Counted from the first letter of the whole stretch, positions 10,555-22,700 are shown. The stretch is DNA of 61,847 nucleotides, filler included, from a bacterium (GCA_013360215.1; 7 parts of 7 records of this genome joined end to end with filler, not necessarily neighbours in it); one strand, 5' to 3'. Translations and numbers: made by a program. Notes: generated by a model from the sequence alone, not told the origin.

Positions 10555-11631
10555 TTATAAGTCAACCATCATGAGACTGCGATCATACGAACTAATTGCC
10601 AATATCCGATTTCCGGATGATGTGATGGACCAATACCCTGACACCGTTTCATCACCTCCGATTTTAAACACATTTTTTCCTTCATCATTGGTGATATAAG
10701 TTGATTGCCATCCTCCGAATATAACAAGTTTACTCTTCGTCATATGCGCAGCCCACAACCCTTCTTTCAAATCCTTTATATGCCATGTTTCACCACCATT
10801 ATTGCTTTGGGAAAAGGATTTTCCATTTGCGCCGGAAATAGTAGCATATAGTTTATTTGGATTTTCATTATCCCATATGATTGCAGGTACCTCAGGCCAC
10901 TCGTTAGATTGATTGGACACTTGTTTCTGTACTAAATACCAATTATAGCCCTGATCCTTGGTTTTTATTATTTTTCCTTTAGAAGCTCCGGCTACGAAAA
11001 TATTTGGATCCGAAGGATGCATCCGTAGCGTACACGAATATCCGAAACCCGTAAGTTTACGCAACTGCCACGTCCGTCCCGTATCCTGACTTACATAAAA
11101 ACCGGCATCTGTATAACTCATGAAAAAAACCTGTGCCGGATTTTGAGGATTAAAAGCCATCGCCTCGGCATCGGCATCAACACCCGGTAGGACGTTAACC
11201 CAATTCTTTCCTCCATTTGATGTTCGGAGCAAGCCCGATGAATGAACTCCTCCCGCAAAAACGATATGGGTATCATTAGGACATACGGCTATAAACTGTA
11301 CATCGCCCGCTCCCTGATTCGTTGATGTGTCAATTGTAGGAGACATAGCGGCAGGCCACGTTTCGCCGCGATCATAACTAATAAGAATTCCACCGCGCCC
11401 TACATAATCATTATAGGTATTGACGTAGATTGTATTGGGATTGACCGGATTGCTAGTAATGGCCTTAGCTACTTTGGTTAAAGAAACTCGCCAACGTACG
11501 TCTGTATATGGATTAACAGGCTCCGTTTTATCCTCGTTTGTTTCTTTGCTTTCGCAGGAGAGTATAACAAAACCCAACAGAAAAACATGCCAATGAATAC
11601 GCGGCCATTTCGTCAGTAGAACCTTGATCAT
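10555..11631 (-). CDS. Lipoprotein with BNR/Asp-box repeat beta-propeller (VPS10/sortilin-like)
   Basis: Lipobox ILSC; Asp-box repeats SYDRGETW, TSNGGKNW, SQDTGRTW, TKDQGYNW, SNNGGETW. Confidence 0.8.
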   Translation of the reverse strand: MIKVLLTKWPRIHWHVFLLGFVILSCESKETNEDKTEPVNPYTDVRWRVSLTKVAKAITSNPVNPNTIYVNTYNDYVGRGGILISYDRGETWPAAMSPTIDTSTNQGAGDVQFIAVCPNDTHIVFAGGVHSSGLLRTSNGGKNWVNVLPGVDADAEAMAFNPQNPAQVFFMSYTDAGFYVSQDTGRTWQLRKLTGFGYSCTLRMHPSDPNIFVAGASKGKIIKTKDQGYNWYLVQKQVSNQSNEWPEVPAIIWDNENPNKLYATISGANGKSFSQSNNGGETWHIKDLKEGLWAAHMTKSKLVIFGGWQSTYITNDEGKNVFKIGGDETVSGYWSITSSGNRILAISSYDRSLMMVDL

Positions 11632-11691
11632 TATAAACTCTCTTCTTTTTAGATCACTTGTTTATACGCATTGTGCTTTATTAATAATCTC

Positions 11692-13833
11692 TCACCCGTT
11701 CACATGTTCAGGAAGCACTTCATAAGGCTTTGTCACCGTACCGCGCATGCTGCGGTATAATGCATCGTATTGTCCGTTGATATACTTCTGAGTAAACTCC
11801 ATATATTCGACAATACACTTATTTTGTTCGTCTTTATAGATAATGGCGGCTTGGATCGTACGATTCAGGATCGCACCAGTAATCGGGTGCCGCTCATAGT
11901 ACCATTGCGGATCCGTTTGAATCACACGTAATACATTAAAACCTTCTGACTTCAAAGCGGAACGTATGCCTTGCTCAATCGTTTTTTCGAGCACGCCTCC
12001 TTTAGGCGGTCGAGCATTTTGTATTTTAGATTTAATTAAGTCGTCACCCAAAGCTGCAAATTTTTCTAACCCTTGCGACCCATCAAGTTCAAACGATCCG
12101 GCTGCAAAGTTTTCATTATCAATACTCAACACCACTCGGATTGAATGCAAACGTGGGGATAGTTGAGATAACATCTTTGCGGCTTGTGCGCCGACTTCGG
12201 GGCGATCGGTTTGCCCCGCATTGGGAGCCACTTCCACTTCCAAGGTCGTAGCATCCATCAAGGTTTTATTGGAAGCCATGATTTGATATTCCACCGTTGC
12301 CATAGGAGCCGCGTACGCATCGTCCGCAGGCACATCCACATAATATTTGATACGCACCGTTGGATTGGCCGTGCGGTACATTTTGGGTAAATCCTTGACC
12401 ATTCCGGTAAAATAAGCCATCGCGTATATTGGTTCACCCCCGTTGAAAAACTCGGATGCGGTTGACGCGTTTTCCTGTTTGATGGAAATTCTGCTTTTGG
12501 AAAAAACAATTTTAGATTTGTTTTCTTTATGAAAGGTGCTTGTAAAAGCTGTCGCTTCAGCAGCATCAATTTCTGTTTTCATTTTTTCAACAGTTGATAA
12601 CGCATCCTTACGCAAACGTTGAATCGAAACATCATCCGGTTTTACCAAAAGCACGGCATCGGCCATAATTACGGCCGTTTCGGCTTTTTCTAAGGCCAGA
12701 CTCAACTGTGTTTTACCATTGGCTTTATATGCGTAAGCTTTTTCAATATGCGAATTGATATCAGCGATATACCCTTTTTTGAGATACGCATTAAATTCAG
12801 TCGGAAATTCTTTTGTTAAATATTCGATTTGTGACGAATTGACATCGTTGTTCTGTTTAGTATTATTTAATGCACTGAGTGCTTTGGGGTAATTTATTTT
12901 GGCACAGTTTTCATAAAAACTTTGAGCTGCATCTTTCGTGAATGCCCCATATTGCAATCCGTTTTGCAACAAAAATTTGCCCTCGAAGTAGGCTTTATCT
13001 ATGAGCTTTTTAAATCCCTCACTCGAATTTCCGGACGATTCAATAGCCTGTAATTCTTTTTCATATTGCAATAAATCCGCAGCATAACTTGATGTACTAA
13101 GTTGCGGCCATTCTTTAATGGCATTTTGCAGTGCCGTGCGCGCTTCATCTAAATCGTCTTTCGCTTGCGAAGTCATGTAGCTATCATAATTGGAGCGTTG
13201 TTTCAATGACGCGACCTGATCTTGTACATCGGATACCATACGCCGAATTTTGGACTGAACTGAAATGAATCGCGATTTTTCGTTGAATGTTTTTTTTGCT
13301 TCTTCGAAATCTTGTTTGATTTCGCGCATAGCCGATTCATAGACATCGGCATTGGCAAGCAGTTTTCCTGTGCGTACTGTTGTTAATGATTCCTGGGCAC
13401 GGGAATGATGTATCTCGAACTTCGAAAATACATGATCGGCAATATTCTGATCCTCTTTGCTGTTATCCGTTTCGACCTCCGTTAGACATTCCAGCATGCG
13501 AACGATATACGTTTTTAACGTCTTCACTTCGAAAGGATCGCTATCCGCCGATACCGTCAATTTTTGATAATCATCATGAGTGCTTTTTTTTGATTCGGAG
13601 TTCTCTTTTGCAGCGGTCGAACCTTGTTGTATTTGAGGAATCTCTCCAGCTTTTTTTTCAGTTGCAGTGGATTTTGACGGATCGTCTGATTTCTTTGATT
13701 TGTCTTTAACTTCTTTTTTACTTTCTTCTTTGTTTTTTTTCTTAGCCTTATCCAGAATTTTTTTACCGTCAGGTATTTGGCCAAATAGCGTCAAAGGAAC
13801 CATGACGAGAATCAATAACATCGCTTTATACAT
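11692..13833 (-). CDS. Secreted hypothetical protein with Lys/Glu-rich N-terminus and helical central region
   Basis: Long ORF; signal peptide from ATG 13833 (MYKAMLLILVMVPLTLFG); no family recognised. Confidence 0.7.
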   Translation of the reverse strand: MYKAMLLILVMVPLTLFGQIPDGKKILDKAKKKNKEESKKEVKDKSKKSDDPSKSTATEKKAGEIPQIQQGSTAAKENSESKKSTHDDYQKLTVSADSDPFEVKTLKTYIVRMLECLTEVETDNSKEDQNIADHVFSKFEIHHSRAQESLTTVRTGKLLANADVYESAMREIKQDFEEAKKTFNEKSRFISVQSKIRRMVSDVQDQVASLKQRSNYDSYMTSQAKDDLDEARTALQNAIKEWPQLSTSSYAADLLQYEKELQAIESSGNSSEGFKKLIDKAYFEGKFLLQNGLQYGAFTKDAAQSFYENCAKINYPKALSALNNTKQNNDVNSSQIEYLTKEFPTEFNAYLKKGYIADINSHIEKAYAYKANGKTQLSLALEKAETAVIMADAVLLVKPDDVSIQRLRKDALSTVEKMKTEIDAAEATAFTSTFHKENKSKIVFSKSRISIKQENASTASEFFNGGEPIYAMAYFTGMVKDLPKMYRTANPTVRIKYYVDVPADDAYAAPMATVEYQIMASNKTLMDATTLEVEVAPNAGQTDRPEVGAQAAKMLSQLSPRLHSIRVVLSIDNENFAAGSFELDGSQGLEKFAALGDDLIKSKIQNARPPKGGVLEKTIEQGIRSALKSEGFNVLRVIQTDPQWYYERHPITGAILNRTIQAAIIYKDEQNKCIVEYMEFTQKYINGQYDALYRSMRGTVTKPYEVLPEHVNG

Positions 13834-13931
13834 TTTTATGCCTTTGGATTTAGCGAAGTTACCCTCTTTCTGCTTTGCAGCAGAAAGAGGGGCTTCGGTT
13901 CTCATGGGAGGAGGGTTATTTTTGTTTTATT

Positions 13932-14489
13932 TCAATCCATCTGATCATACAAGGATTCCAGCTTATTAAGTACCGTAGTCGGATTGGTAGATGTAACCCA
14001 AACCGGATCCAGTTTTTTTATACTGGCATTGCACGCAGTAAGGTCATTCAAATAGTATTGGCAAAACGCCTTGTGGAGTATAAGATCATTGAGTTCAACG
14101 GATGGATCATGGACAAAATAGTATTCGGGATCCCAGCGTTCGACAAAATTGGCTGCATAGATAGCCGAAGCATATCGGCCCGTTTCCCAACTGGTTATGG
14201 CAATCCCTGCGTATCCGTCTAATACGGAATCGGCAGCGGCAATACGGAAAGCACGATCCGCTTCGGGAATACTGTCCATACGAAGCAACGTCCAACCTAA
14301 TCCAATACGCGCATTGGGCCCATTAAGTGCTGAAAATTCAGCATAAGCTCCGTCATAATCTTGATTTTCAAATTTTTTCCAGGCAGCATCCAGTAAACTT
14401 GCTTCGTAGTCGTCACAAGCACCCGTGGCACAGGTCAGGATTAATGACAAAAATAAAATCGGCTTCGAAATATGTTTTATATGTTTCAT
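13932..14489 (-). CDS. TPR-like lipoprotein
   Basis: Signal peptide ending TGAC; TPR-like helices (AWKKFENQDYDGAYAEF, ARIGLGW); starts 20 bp after the large surface protein. Confidence 0.75.
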   Translation of the reverse strand: MKHIKHISKPILFLSLILTCATGACDDYEASLLDAAWKKFENQDYDGAYAEFSALNGPNARIGLGWTLLRMDSIPEADRAFRIAAADSVLDGYAGIAITSWETGRYASAIYAANFVERWDPEYYFVHDPSVELNDLILHKAFCQYYLNDLTACNASIKKLDPVWVTSTNPTTVLNKLESLYDQMD

Positions 14490-14509
14490 GTGATTATAGG
14501 TTTGATGTT

Positions 14510-17500
14510 TTATTTGAGTAATACCATTTTTTTGGAAAGTATGCCGTCAACCGTCTCTAATCGGTAGATATAGATACCGCTCGGCACCGCCGATCCTTTC
14601 TGATTTTTCCCGTCCCACATCACGTTATGATAACCGGCTGTTCGCTGTTCGGAAATCAAATTGCGAATCTTTTGACCAAGCATATTATATACGGCGATGC
14701 GCACATAGCCATCATTTGCAAGGCCAAATCGAATGCTTGTGCTCGGATTAAATGGGTTCGGATAATTCTGTGCCAAATCTAACGACTTAGGTATCTCCGA
14801 AAAGGATGAATCATATACGAGCGCATATCGCCCGCTTTCATTGATGCTGGTATATACTCGGTTTTCATCGGCGTGCGTGATCATAGAGCGTTCCCAACCA
14901 CCCGTAGCATCTAATCGTGTAATTTTCAAATGTTTTGTAGAAAATCCGGGAATTGTAAGATTCCAATCACTCCGATGTGCCGGGGTGATATTAAAACTTA
15001 ACTCCGAAGCCCACGACTGCGAAGCGGTTGATAAGATTTCGCAAGTTTGCAAAATGTTTGATCCGTTATTGGTCAAATCGTTGTCCGATGAAATCTCTGA
15101 AAGAATCAAATAACCTTCGGCGCGCGCTGATGATTTCAGGATACGCATTTCCGCTTGACCGGAACGAAGTACACTTGTACTGCCGGAACCCAGATCGGCT
15201 ACGACATATGTTTTGAGAGCAATGGCTTGATTGAGGATCGTATCATTGGCCGTCACTTCAAAAGCCAATTCCCCGTCGGCTGTGATTTCGTATTCAGCTC
15301 GATACATACGCGTATGCGCCGGTACGATCTGTAGCGGGACTGTCGTGTTATTGATTTTTAGCGAAACCGACGATAGTGGTTCATCCGATACAGCGTAAAA
15401 CTCAATCCGATCTTTTAGAACCGTACTTCGCAAAAGACCGGTGTGCACCACCGGTGCCTGATTTTCTAAACCCAATCCCTGCAAAGGAATTCGCAGTTCG
15501 CGCTGGTATCCGTCGTGACTAAGAATGAGCGTATCCAGAGATACACCTATCGCCGACGGTGTAAAATGTACACCCACGCGCAACGTATCGCTATCAATCG
15601 AATACGGTAAACTGCTTCCATCAAAACTATAACCGGATGTTCCGGCACGCGCTAATCGAATAGCCGTTACATTTAGAGGCGCTTTGGGAGCATACAGTTC
15701 TACCTGACGATTCGAGACATAGGTTACGCGTGTATTGGGAAAACTATATTGAAGTTCTTCCGATGTAAGTACCGAAGGTTCTGTCGCGACGCCCTCCAAG
15801 GTCAACGCAAATACTCGGCTATCGTACACGACACGTAGTGTGTCCGAAAAAACACCTTCGGATTCAGGTTTAAATTTGACCCATCCGATCAACGTATCGG
15901 GGTAACTATGATCCAGCGTATCCGCATTTTTTCCGTCCCAACTAAACACATCACCGGAATACATCACAATTTGTGAAATAACGGAACCGGCATCCGCATA
16001 AAACCGTAATGGAACGGAAATACTATCAAAGGCCTTGATGCTTCCGAGAGAAATTACAGCTCTGTAACTATGATCACGCTCCAGTATATTACCCGCCGAT
16101 GAAGGGATATAGCGCGTTGACCATAGGGACGAATTGAACGCGCTGTCTTGTGTGGCCGCAAGTGTTTGACCTTCCGATAATCCCGGAACCGAAATTGCCC
16201 ACGTACCTTGTGTATCCGCGTACGTACCGCCGATAATATCCGAAGCTTGTGTTTTTCCGGGCTCATCTAAAAATAGTTCAACACGCGAACCCGGCTGTGC
16301 TTTTCCCCACACGCCTACATTCGCAATCCCACCCATGATGTGAGGAGGCGTTACGCTGTTCTTTGAATTGGAAGGCAGCGTAATACCGCTTTTGTTTTCA
16401 TAAATACGATTCCAATACCACCGATTACTGTTGGACTCCACATCGACAATACTGATACCTGAAATATTATTATAGGCAATAGTATTATGTTCGATCAAAG
16501 TGCCGAATGTATTCGATGTGATGCTAATCCCAACGCCGCTATTCCCACGCGGAATAGTACCCAGTGAATCGGCTACACCAATAGCATTATGGTGAATGTG
16601 CGTGTTATACGTATTTGATAAATTAACCGCATTAATTATCGAACCGATTTTATTATAAGCGATGGTGTTACCGCGAGCCTGATTAACAGATATTCCGTGC
16701 CCGCCGCCGCGTATTTGATTTTCGATACCAAGACCGATAGCATTGCCTTCAATATGATTGTGATTCGCCCCGATCCCAATTGAAATCAATTGCGTGGACC
16801 AGGAGATACTGTTTCCTTCGCCTGACGTGCGCGATCCGATGCGATTATTTTCTCCGTTGATTTCTAAAGCGATATTAAATCCTTTGGGGCCGTTACCCAA
16901 AACATCAGCCCCTATTATATTTCCCGATAAAAAGCATGAATCGGCAAACACCTGTATTGCGCGACCGGCATTGGTTCCGGCAAATATATTTCGATGTACT
17001 ACACTGGCATGGCCCCACAAGATCAGTGCCGTATTGTTCGGTTCTACCGTCACACCATCCGGCATAAGCCCGAAAACGTTGTTCTGCACTTCGATAGCGC
17101 GGGAAGATGTATGCGTGTTGATTGCCGTACCTTTATTGACAAAATAATTACGACCGTCGTCGCTGCCATCGCCCAAGATCAATCCCGATGCCGCATTCTC
17201 GACGCCAATACCGCCACGTACTAACGTAGCGCTTCCGTCTGCATTCAAACCAAAATAATTACCAAGAATATGATTGGCGGTGCCGTCCTGAACGTAGATA
17301 TCCACTTGCGTTGTGGAAAAAACATTCCTTTCTCCGACCGTCGCTCCGCCAATAATATTTTCTGAACTCCCCGACACCAACTGAATTCCCCGATTAAGCC
17401 GGCCTGCGCTGAGACCCGTACTGTCCGTACCAAAATAATTACCGATGATGGTATTGCGATGCGCTTGTATAAGAAGTAATGCCGACGCGTTTTCACCGCT

Positions 17501-18520
17501 ACCGAACACATTACGTCCCGGTCGTGTGTGGTGGCCAATCAGGTTATCGTCGCCATAAATCGTCAAACCGGCGGCCAAAAATGGCGCCGGCGTTTGGCCG
17601 TCATGTTGCAATCCAAAAATATTGCCCATGATGACGTTACTATCGGAATGCACTTCGCCATAGGTCAAGTAACTCGCGAAAACATTGGGATTGACGTACG
17701 AACCGTCCTTTTTACCTCCGATTTTAGTAGCTTGCCCGTGTATAGTCAGCGCTCTATTGCTAAACACCGTATCGGATTGAATGCTCGGATTGTTGAATCC
17801 AAAATAGTTACCGTACACGCCGTCTTCACGCGCCGTGGCGCCGATATACAATTCTGTTTCACTGCTCGCGGCAAAATAATTTCCCAAAAACGTATTAAAC
17901 CCCGACGAATGATCCGCTATGGCCGTACCGTTCGGCTCGATCGCCGCATAATTCGAATACGGATACGGCTTTGCAAAACCGAAGGCATTGTTAAGAATAC
18001 CATTATTTTGCCCCTTGATGTAAATACCGGTACGGCAGTTTGATATTTTATTATACGTGATAAAGCATCCGTTACTTGCGATATAAACCCCAATCTTAGC
18101 ATCGAACATATTGAGTCCTATTATCTCAACCATCTGTCCGGCTTGAATCGTCCATAGTGTGTCATTCAAAGGATCATCCGCATGCAAGCCCCAATTATTA
18201 AACAAATGCTCCGACGGCAGTTCTCCGGAACTTACTTTTACACCTTCCGTGACGATGAGCGAACCGGATGTCAAGAGGATATCGCTATGATTAATGATAA
18301 TATTATCTTGTCCCGGCCAGGTATTAGCTTCATATACGGCGCGTCGTAACGATCCTTCAGGGCCCGGATTCGGGCCATCCGTACCATTGGTTACCAAAAA
18401 AGACTGCTGCGCGTAGGATGAATACATCCCTACACTTTGAATACAAAGGCCTATAAGCATCCATAAAAGCACTCGCGCTTGACTCAACATGCGTGACATA
18501 ACAACCGCCATATAATTCAT
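14510..18520 (-). CDS. Large secreted surface protein: parallel beta-helix repeats, Ig-like (ASH-type) domains and C-terminal FlgD-Ig/sorting domain
   Basis: Signal peptide; GSLRRAVYEAN cap; repeated GNxFG/GNxIG beta-helix turns; VKFKPESEGVFSDTL and VHFTPSAIGVSLDTL Ig-like units; LAQNYPNPFNPSTSIRF...YNMLGQKIR...WDGKNQKG...PSGIYIYRL...KKMVLLK. Confidence 0.85.
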   Translation of the reverse strand: MNYMAVVMSRMLSQARVLLWMLIGLCIQSVGMYSSYAQQSFLVTNGTDGPNPGPEGSLRRAVYEANTWPGQDNIIINHSDILLTSGSLIVTEGVKVSSGELPSEHLFNNWGLHADDPLNDTLWTIQAGQMVEIIGLNMFDAKIGVYIASNGCFITYNKISNCRTGIYIKGQNNGILNNAFGFAKPYPYSNYAAIEPNGTAIADHSSGFNTFLGNYFAASSETELYIGATAREDGVYGNYFGFNNPSIQSDTVFSNRALTIHGQATKIGGKKDGSYVNPNVFASYLTYGEVHSDSNVIMGNIFGLQHDGQTPAPFLAAGLTIYGDDNLIGHHTRPGRNVFGSGENASALLLIQAHRNTIIGNYFGTDSTGLSAGRLNRGIQLVSGSSENIIGGATVGERNVFSTTQVDIYVQDGTANHILGNYFGLNADGSATLVRGGIGVENAASGLILGDGSDDGRNYFVNKGTAINTHTSSRAIEVQNNVFGLMPDGVTVEPNNTALILWGHASVVHRNIFAGTNAGRAIQVFADSCFLSGNIIGADVLGNGPKGFNIALEINGENNRIGSRTSGEGNSISWSTQLISIGIGANHNHIEGNAIGLGIENQIRGGGHGISVNQARGNTIAYNKIGSIINAVNLSNTYNTHIHHNAIGVADSLGTIPRGNSGVGISITSNTFGTLIEHNTIAYNNISGISIVDVESNSNRWYWNRIYENKSGITLPSNSKNSVTPPHIMGGIANVGVWGKAQPGSRVELFLDEPGKTQASDIIGGTYADTQGTWAISVPGLSEGQTLAATQDSAFNSSLWSTRYIPSSAGNILERDHSYRAVISLGSIKAFDSISVPLRFYADAGSVISQIVMYSGDVFSWDGKNADTLDHSYPDTLIGWVKFKPESEGVFSDTLRVVYDSRVFALTLEGVATEPSVLTSEELQYSFPNTRVTYVSNRQVELYAPKAPLNVTAIRLARAGTSGYSFDGSSLPYSIDSDTLRVGVHFTPSAIGVSLDTLILSHDGYQRELRIPLQGLGLENQAPVVHTGLLRSTVLKDRIEFYAVSDEPLSSVSLKINNTTVPLQIVPAHTRMYRAEYEITADGELAFEVTANDTILNQAIALKTYVVADLGSGSTSVLRSGQAEMRILKSSARAEGYLILSEISSDNDLTNNGSNILQTCEILSTASQSWASELSFNITPAHRSDWNLTIPGFSTKHLKITRLDATGGWERSMITHADENRVYTSINESGRYALVYDSSFSEIPKSLDLAQNYPNPFNPSTSIRFGLANDGYVRIAVYNMLGQKIRNLISEQRTAGYHNVMWDGKNQKGSAVPSGIYIYRLETVDGILSKKMVLLK

Positions 18521-18563
18521 TGGAATCCTTTATTTGATGTGGGCATACGGCTCACGATGAGAA

Positions 18564-19451
18564 TTATTTTGATTCTGAAAGTAGTTTGTACAGCATATTT
18601 ATATACTGCTCCGTAGTCTGAGCTCCGCCTTCACCGAGGTAATTATATTTTTGAAATACGGGGGTCTTCAAAAGTTGATCCGACGTTTGTTTATTCCTTA
18701 GGCCTTCTTCCGCAGCTGTTACGGTCTCTTTGAGCATAATGATATATTCATGCAGCGCTGGCATCGTAGCCAATGGCCCGTGCCCCGGTATGATTTTGAC
18801 ATCCGCAGGAAACATCTTTTCTATTTTGTCCAGCGATGCAATCAATTGGTGAATATTCCCTCCGCCGTCACTGTACACGCCCGGGAACATGCCATGAAAA
18901 AATAAATCACCGAGATGAAGTACATTGGATTGAGTAAAATACACCACGACATCGGCTGACGTGTGACTTCCGGGTATGTGAATAATGCGAATATCTTCCC
19001 CATTGACGGTTAGGATAAGACTATCCGATAAAAATACGCTCGGCATCATATCCAGAGTCGGTGTGGTTTGGGTATGCTTACTACGCAAACGCTTGGCTAT
19101 GTTTTCCTGTCCTATAATAACCGCAGATGTACGCAGATTTTTGTTTCCTTCGATGTGGTCACGATGAAAATGCGAATTGACCACCCACCGGATGGGTAAA
19201 TTGGAAAGCGAAGTGGCCGCTTTTTTCATTTTTTCAGTCATAGAGGCGTACATCGCATCCACCAACAAGACACCTTCATCACCGGCCATCACAGCTACAT
19301 TACCGCCGCCAAATCCGTTTTCACAATCCATCATCCACACCTTACCGGCGACGGGTACGGTGCGAATACGAATACTATCCTGCGCTTGCGAGAAAAGATT
19401 ACTGTTAAGAGATAAAAATAGTCCGCTCGCTAAAAACCAATTCCAAAACAT
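18564..19451 (-). CDS. Secreted metallo-beta-lactamase-fold hydrolase (cyclase/glyoxalase II-like)
   Basis: GGNVAV...LLVDA, NSHFHRDHIEGN, HTSAD, HLGDLFF, IPGHG. Start uncertain (19451, 19469 or 19493). Confidence 0.85.
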   Translation of the reverse strand: MFWNWFLASGLFLSLNSNLFSQAQDSIRIRTVPVAGKVWMMDCENGFGGGNVAVMAGDEGVLLVDAMYASMTEKMKKAATSLSNLPIRWVVNSHFHRDHIEGNKNLRTSAVIIGQENIAKRLRSKHTQTTPTLDMMPSVFLSDSLILTVNGEDIRIIHIPGSHTSADVVVYFTQSNVLHLGDLFFHGMFPGVYSDGGGNIHQLIASLDKIEKMFPADVKIIPGHGPLATMPALHEYIIMLKETVTAAEEGLRNKQTSDQLLKTPVFQKYNYLGEGGAQTTEQYINMLYKLLSESK

Positions 19452-19701
19452 TTTGAATTCCTTCCACATGAGCACATGAGTATTATTACACAATCCTACC
19501 GAATCAAAGATTCACGAAGTTGGTTAACTATTAATAATAATAATAGATCAACTCTACGTCCGCGTTAATCCAGATTAACTCAATCAAATTTTGATAGTGA
19601 AAATTTACAGATAAGACGAGATGCGCGCTAACGGTAGTGGGTCAATTATTAGCGGTTTTGTTGCAACTTATGTTGCGGAGATTGTTTTTAAAGATTTTAG
19701 A

Positions 19702-22700
19702 TCAGATCGTATCGGAGGGATTTATGCCAAATTCATCGCGAAAAGCTTTGGTAAAGTGTGACAAACTGGTATAACCGACATCGTAGGCGACCTGCGTCAC
19801 ATTACCGGCTTGTGATTCCAGCAAACTTTTGGCTTTCCGCAAACGTAGTTTTCGTATGAGTTCGGATGGAGTGGTATCGGTAAGCGCGACTAATTTGCGA
19901 TAAACTTGAGAGCGACTCATGGCCAATCTTGCACTGATCGCCTCAACACTAAATTCAGGATCCGACAGGTTCGACTGTATGAGTTGCGTTAATTCTTTCA
20001 AAAAAAGATCGTCCGGTGTTTCACCTTCAAAATCCTGATCCTTGATAAAAATTTCTTTGGCGTATTTTTCACGCAAAAGTTTCCGGCTCTGAATCAGATT
20101 GGCTATACGCGTTCGCAATTCTTTTTCGTTAAACGGTTTTACCAGATAGTCATCGGCCCCGGTCTCCAATCCTTCAATCTTATCTTCGGTATCGGCTTTG
20201 GCCGTCAATAGAATAAGAGGAATATGGCTGGTTCGGCGATCGGATTTCAACTCCCGTGATAATGTAATACCGTCTTTTCGGGGCATCATCACATCAGAAA
20301 TAATAATATCCGGTGTTCTTCGCAAGGCCTCCGCCATACCGTCTTCGCCGTCCGCAGCTTCAATGACACGATAATCATTGCTCACTATACCGCGGATATA
20401 TTGACGTATTTCATCGTTATCTTCGACGATCAACAACGTATTTTTATCGGCATCCGTATCGGCAGCTGTGGTGCTTTGAATCGGTCCGGCAACATCATCC
20501 CATTCGGGCGCGCTTTCTTGGGAATGCGTCTCCGATTCGGTGCGCTCGTCATCGGGTATACTTTGTTCGATGATCGGTATCGTAAAGCTAAAAACCGTAC
20601 CCTCTCCTTGACGGCTCCGCGCTGTCAACGATCCATGATGGAGATGCGCTAACTCTTTGGCCAATGCGAGTCCTATGCCGGTACCGGGGTACGCACGCGT
20701 ACCCGAATGATCGGCTTGATAAAAACGATCAAAAATCAAAACTAAATCGGTTTCACTGATACCGATACCCGTATCTTCGACATCTATTGTCAACGCGCCT
20801 TCGTTCGCATATACTTTAACAGATACACCGCCCTCGTTTGTAAATTTGATCGCATTGGAAAGCAGGTTAAATAATATTTTTTCGATGACATCGCGATCAC
20901 GATACATAATCGGAAGATCAGGGGTTAAGTCAAGTGTCAGCGATAATTTCTTTTTATCGGCTAATGATTCAAAAGAAAATACCACCGGTTTTATGAAATC
21001 CCAATTACCACGATAAGCTCTCAACTTCATCTGGCGGTGTTCGATTTTTGAAAGATCAAGAAGCTGATTAACTAATCGCAAGAGTCTGCGTGTATTGCGA
21101 AGCATGGATTCTATAGTAATTTCATCCGCCGGTTTTTCTTTCATTGATTCCAGCGGGCCTTGTATTAAGGTTAACGGCGTTCGGAATTCGTGAGAAATAT
21201 TTGCAAAAAAACGTGATTTCTGCGCATCCAGTGCTTCTAATTTTTGCGTCTGCACGGATAAAAGATGCGTACGCTCTTCAACAATACGTTCTAACCGTCC
21301 CTTTTCACGCATAATCTGAAAATATCGCCACCGCACAATTCCCGTAACCATCGCCATAAAAATCGTACCATATAGCAACCATGCCCACCAAGTCCTGAAC
21401 CACGGTGGAAGAATCGTGAATCGCAACATCGTTGACTGGGTGACATGTTGAGCGTTGATTGCTTTCACATGAAATACATAATCGCCTTCGCTCAGATTAG
21501 AATAAACGCGCAACGCTTCAACACTCCAATCACCTGGCTCTGATTCAAAACCTTCAAGCCACGTTTGATAACGGGTCATGGTTTCATCAAAATATGACGT
21601 GGCTCCGTACTCGATGCGTACCGAATTAAACGCATAGGGCAATATTATAGGTTCAAAACGCCGGTCATTAATAATAAGCGATGAGTCATGCCCTATACTA
21701 AAACGTGAAATGACCGTATGAAATGTTTGCGAACGCACGATACGGGACAAATCCATACGCAATATACCGTCGTCCGTAAGAAACCATACGTAGCCCTGCT
21801 GATCACGATACACTTCGTTAGGCGCAAATTGTTGGGTATGATTATGTATACGCCAATACCGATGGTTATCCCACCGCCACGAGACGCCTTCGCGATGCCC
21901 ATTCCAAACGGCGGATGAAGTAAAAAGCCAAATAGTACCGATATTATCCTGAAGTGCTTTGATGATATTTGTCGTATCCGGAAAGAATGATGTACTAACC
22001 ACTAATTCATTTATTCGGTAATCATATCTAAAAAGCGAATCATGGCGCTTCATAAAAATCATCGAATCGGCGCTCAGCACCATGCGCCATGCTTCATCAA
22101 ACGCGTGAGTTTTCATGTTTTTCAAATCAACTTTGTACACCCTGCCGTAATCCGATTCGACCCATAAAAAACCCTTTCGATCACTTCTCAGCTGCGCAAC
22201 GCCGGCAATATCGTCTGTATTTGGAATAGGTGTTTCACGATTTTCAAACTGATCATACAACGACAACCCCACACGCTTTCCAAGCACTAAAAAACGCTCA
22301 TCCAGTACGGCAATACTTGTCGCATCGGGAGTATTTGCAATTAGTTTATACTGTCCATTTTTTTCAATAGACAACAAACCTCGTCCGGAGGCAAAATAAT
22401 GTTTATCTCCTACCGTGACGCCGCCGTTGATCCGGCCAAAATTTTGAGGAATAACTTTCCCGTTTTCAATTCGGTAAAGATCATTGAGCGTACCGATATA
22501 AAAATTACGACCTGTTTGGGCTATAGCGTAAACGCAGCCTTTTATACCATGTTGTTTTTGTAATACGCTTAGCGGCGAACGATCTATTTTATTAATACCA
22601 TCTTCCGTTACAACCCATACGTTACCTTCACGGTCCTCCATAACATTACGCGTAGAATTAACGGATAAACCATTATCCTCATTGATAATATTAAATTGGG

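Noticed and set aside
4232-19493. Calling the two MBL-fold proteins antibiotic-resistance beta-lactamases
   Set aside because: Both have the general HxHxDH hydrolase motif and resemble NAPE-PLD-like and cyclase-like subfamilies; nothing specifically supports beta-lactamase activity.
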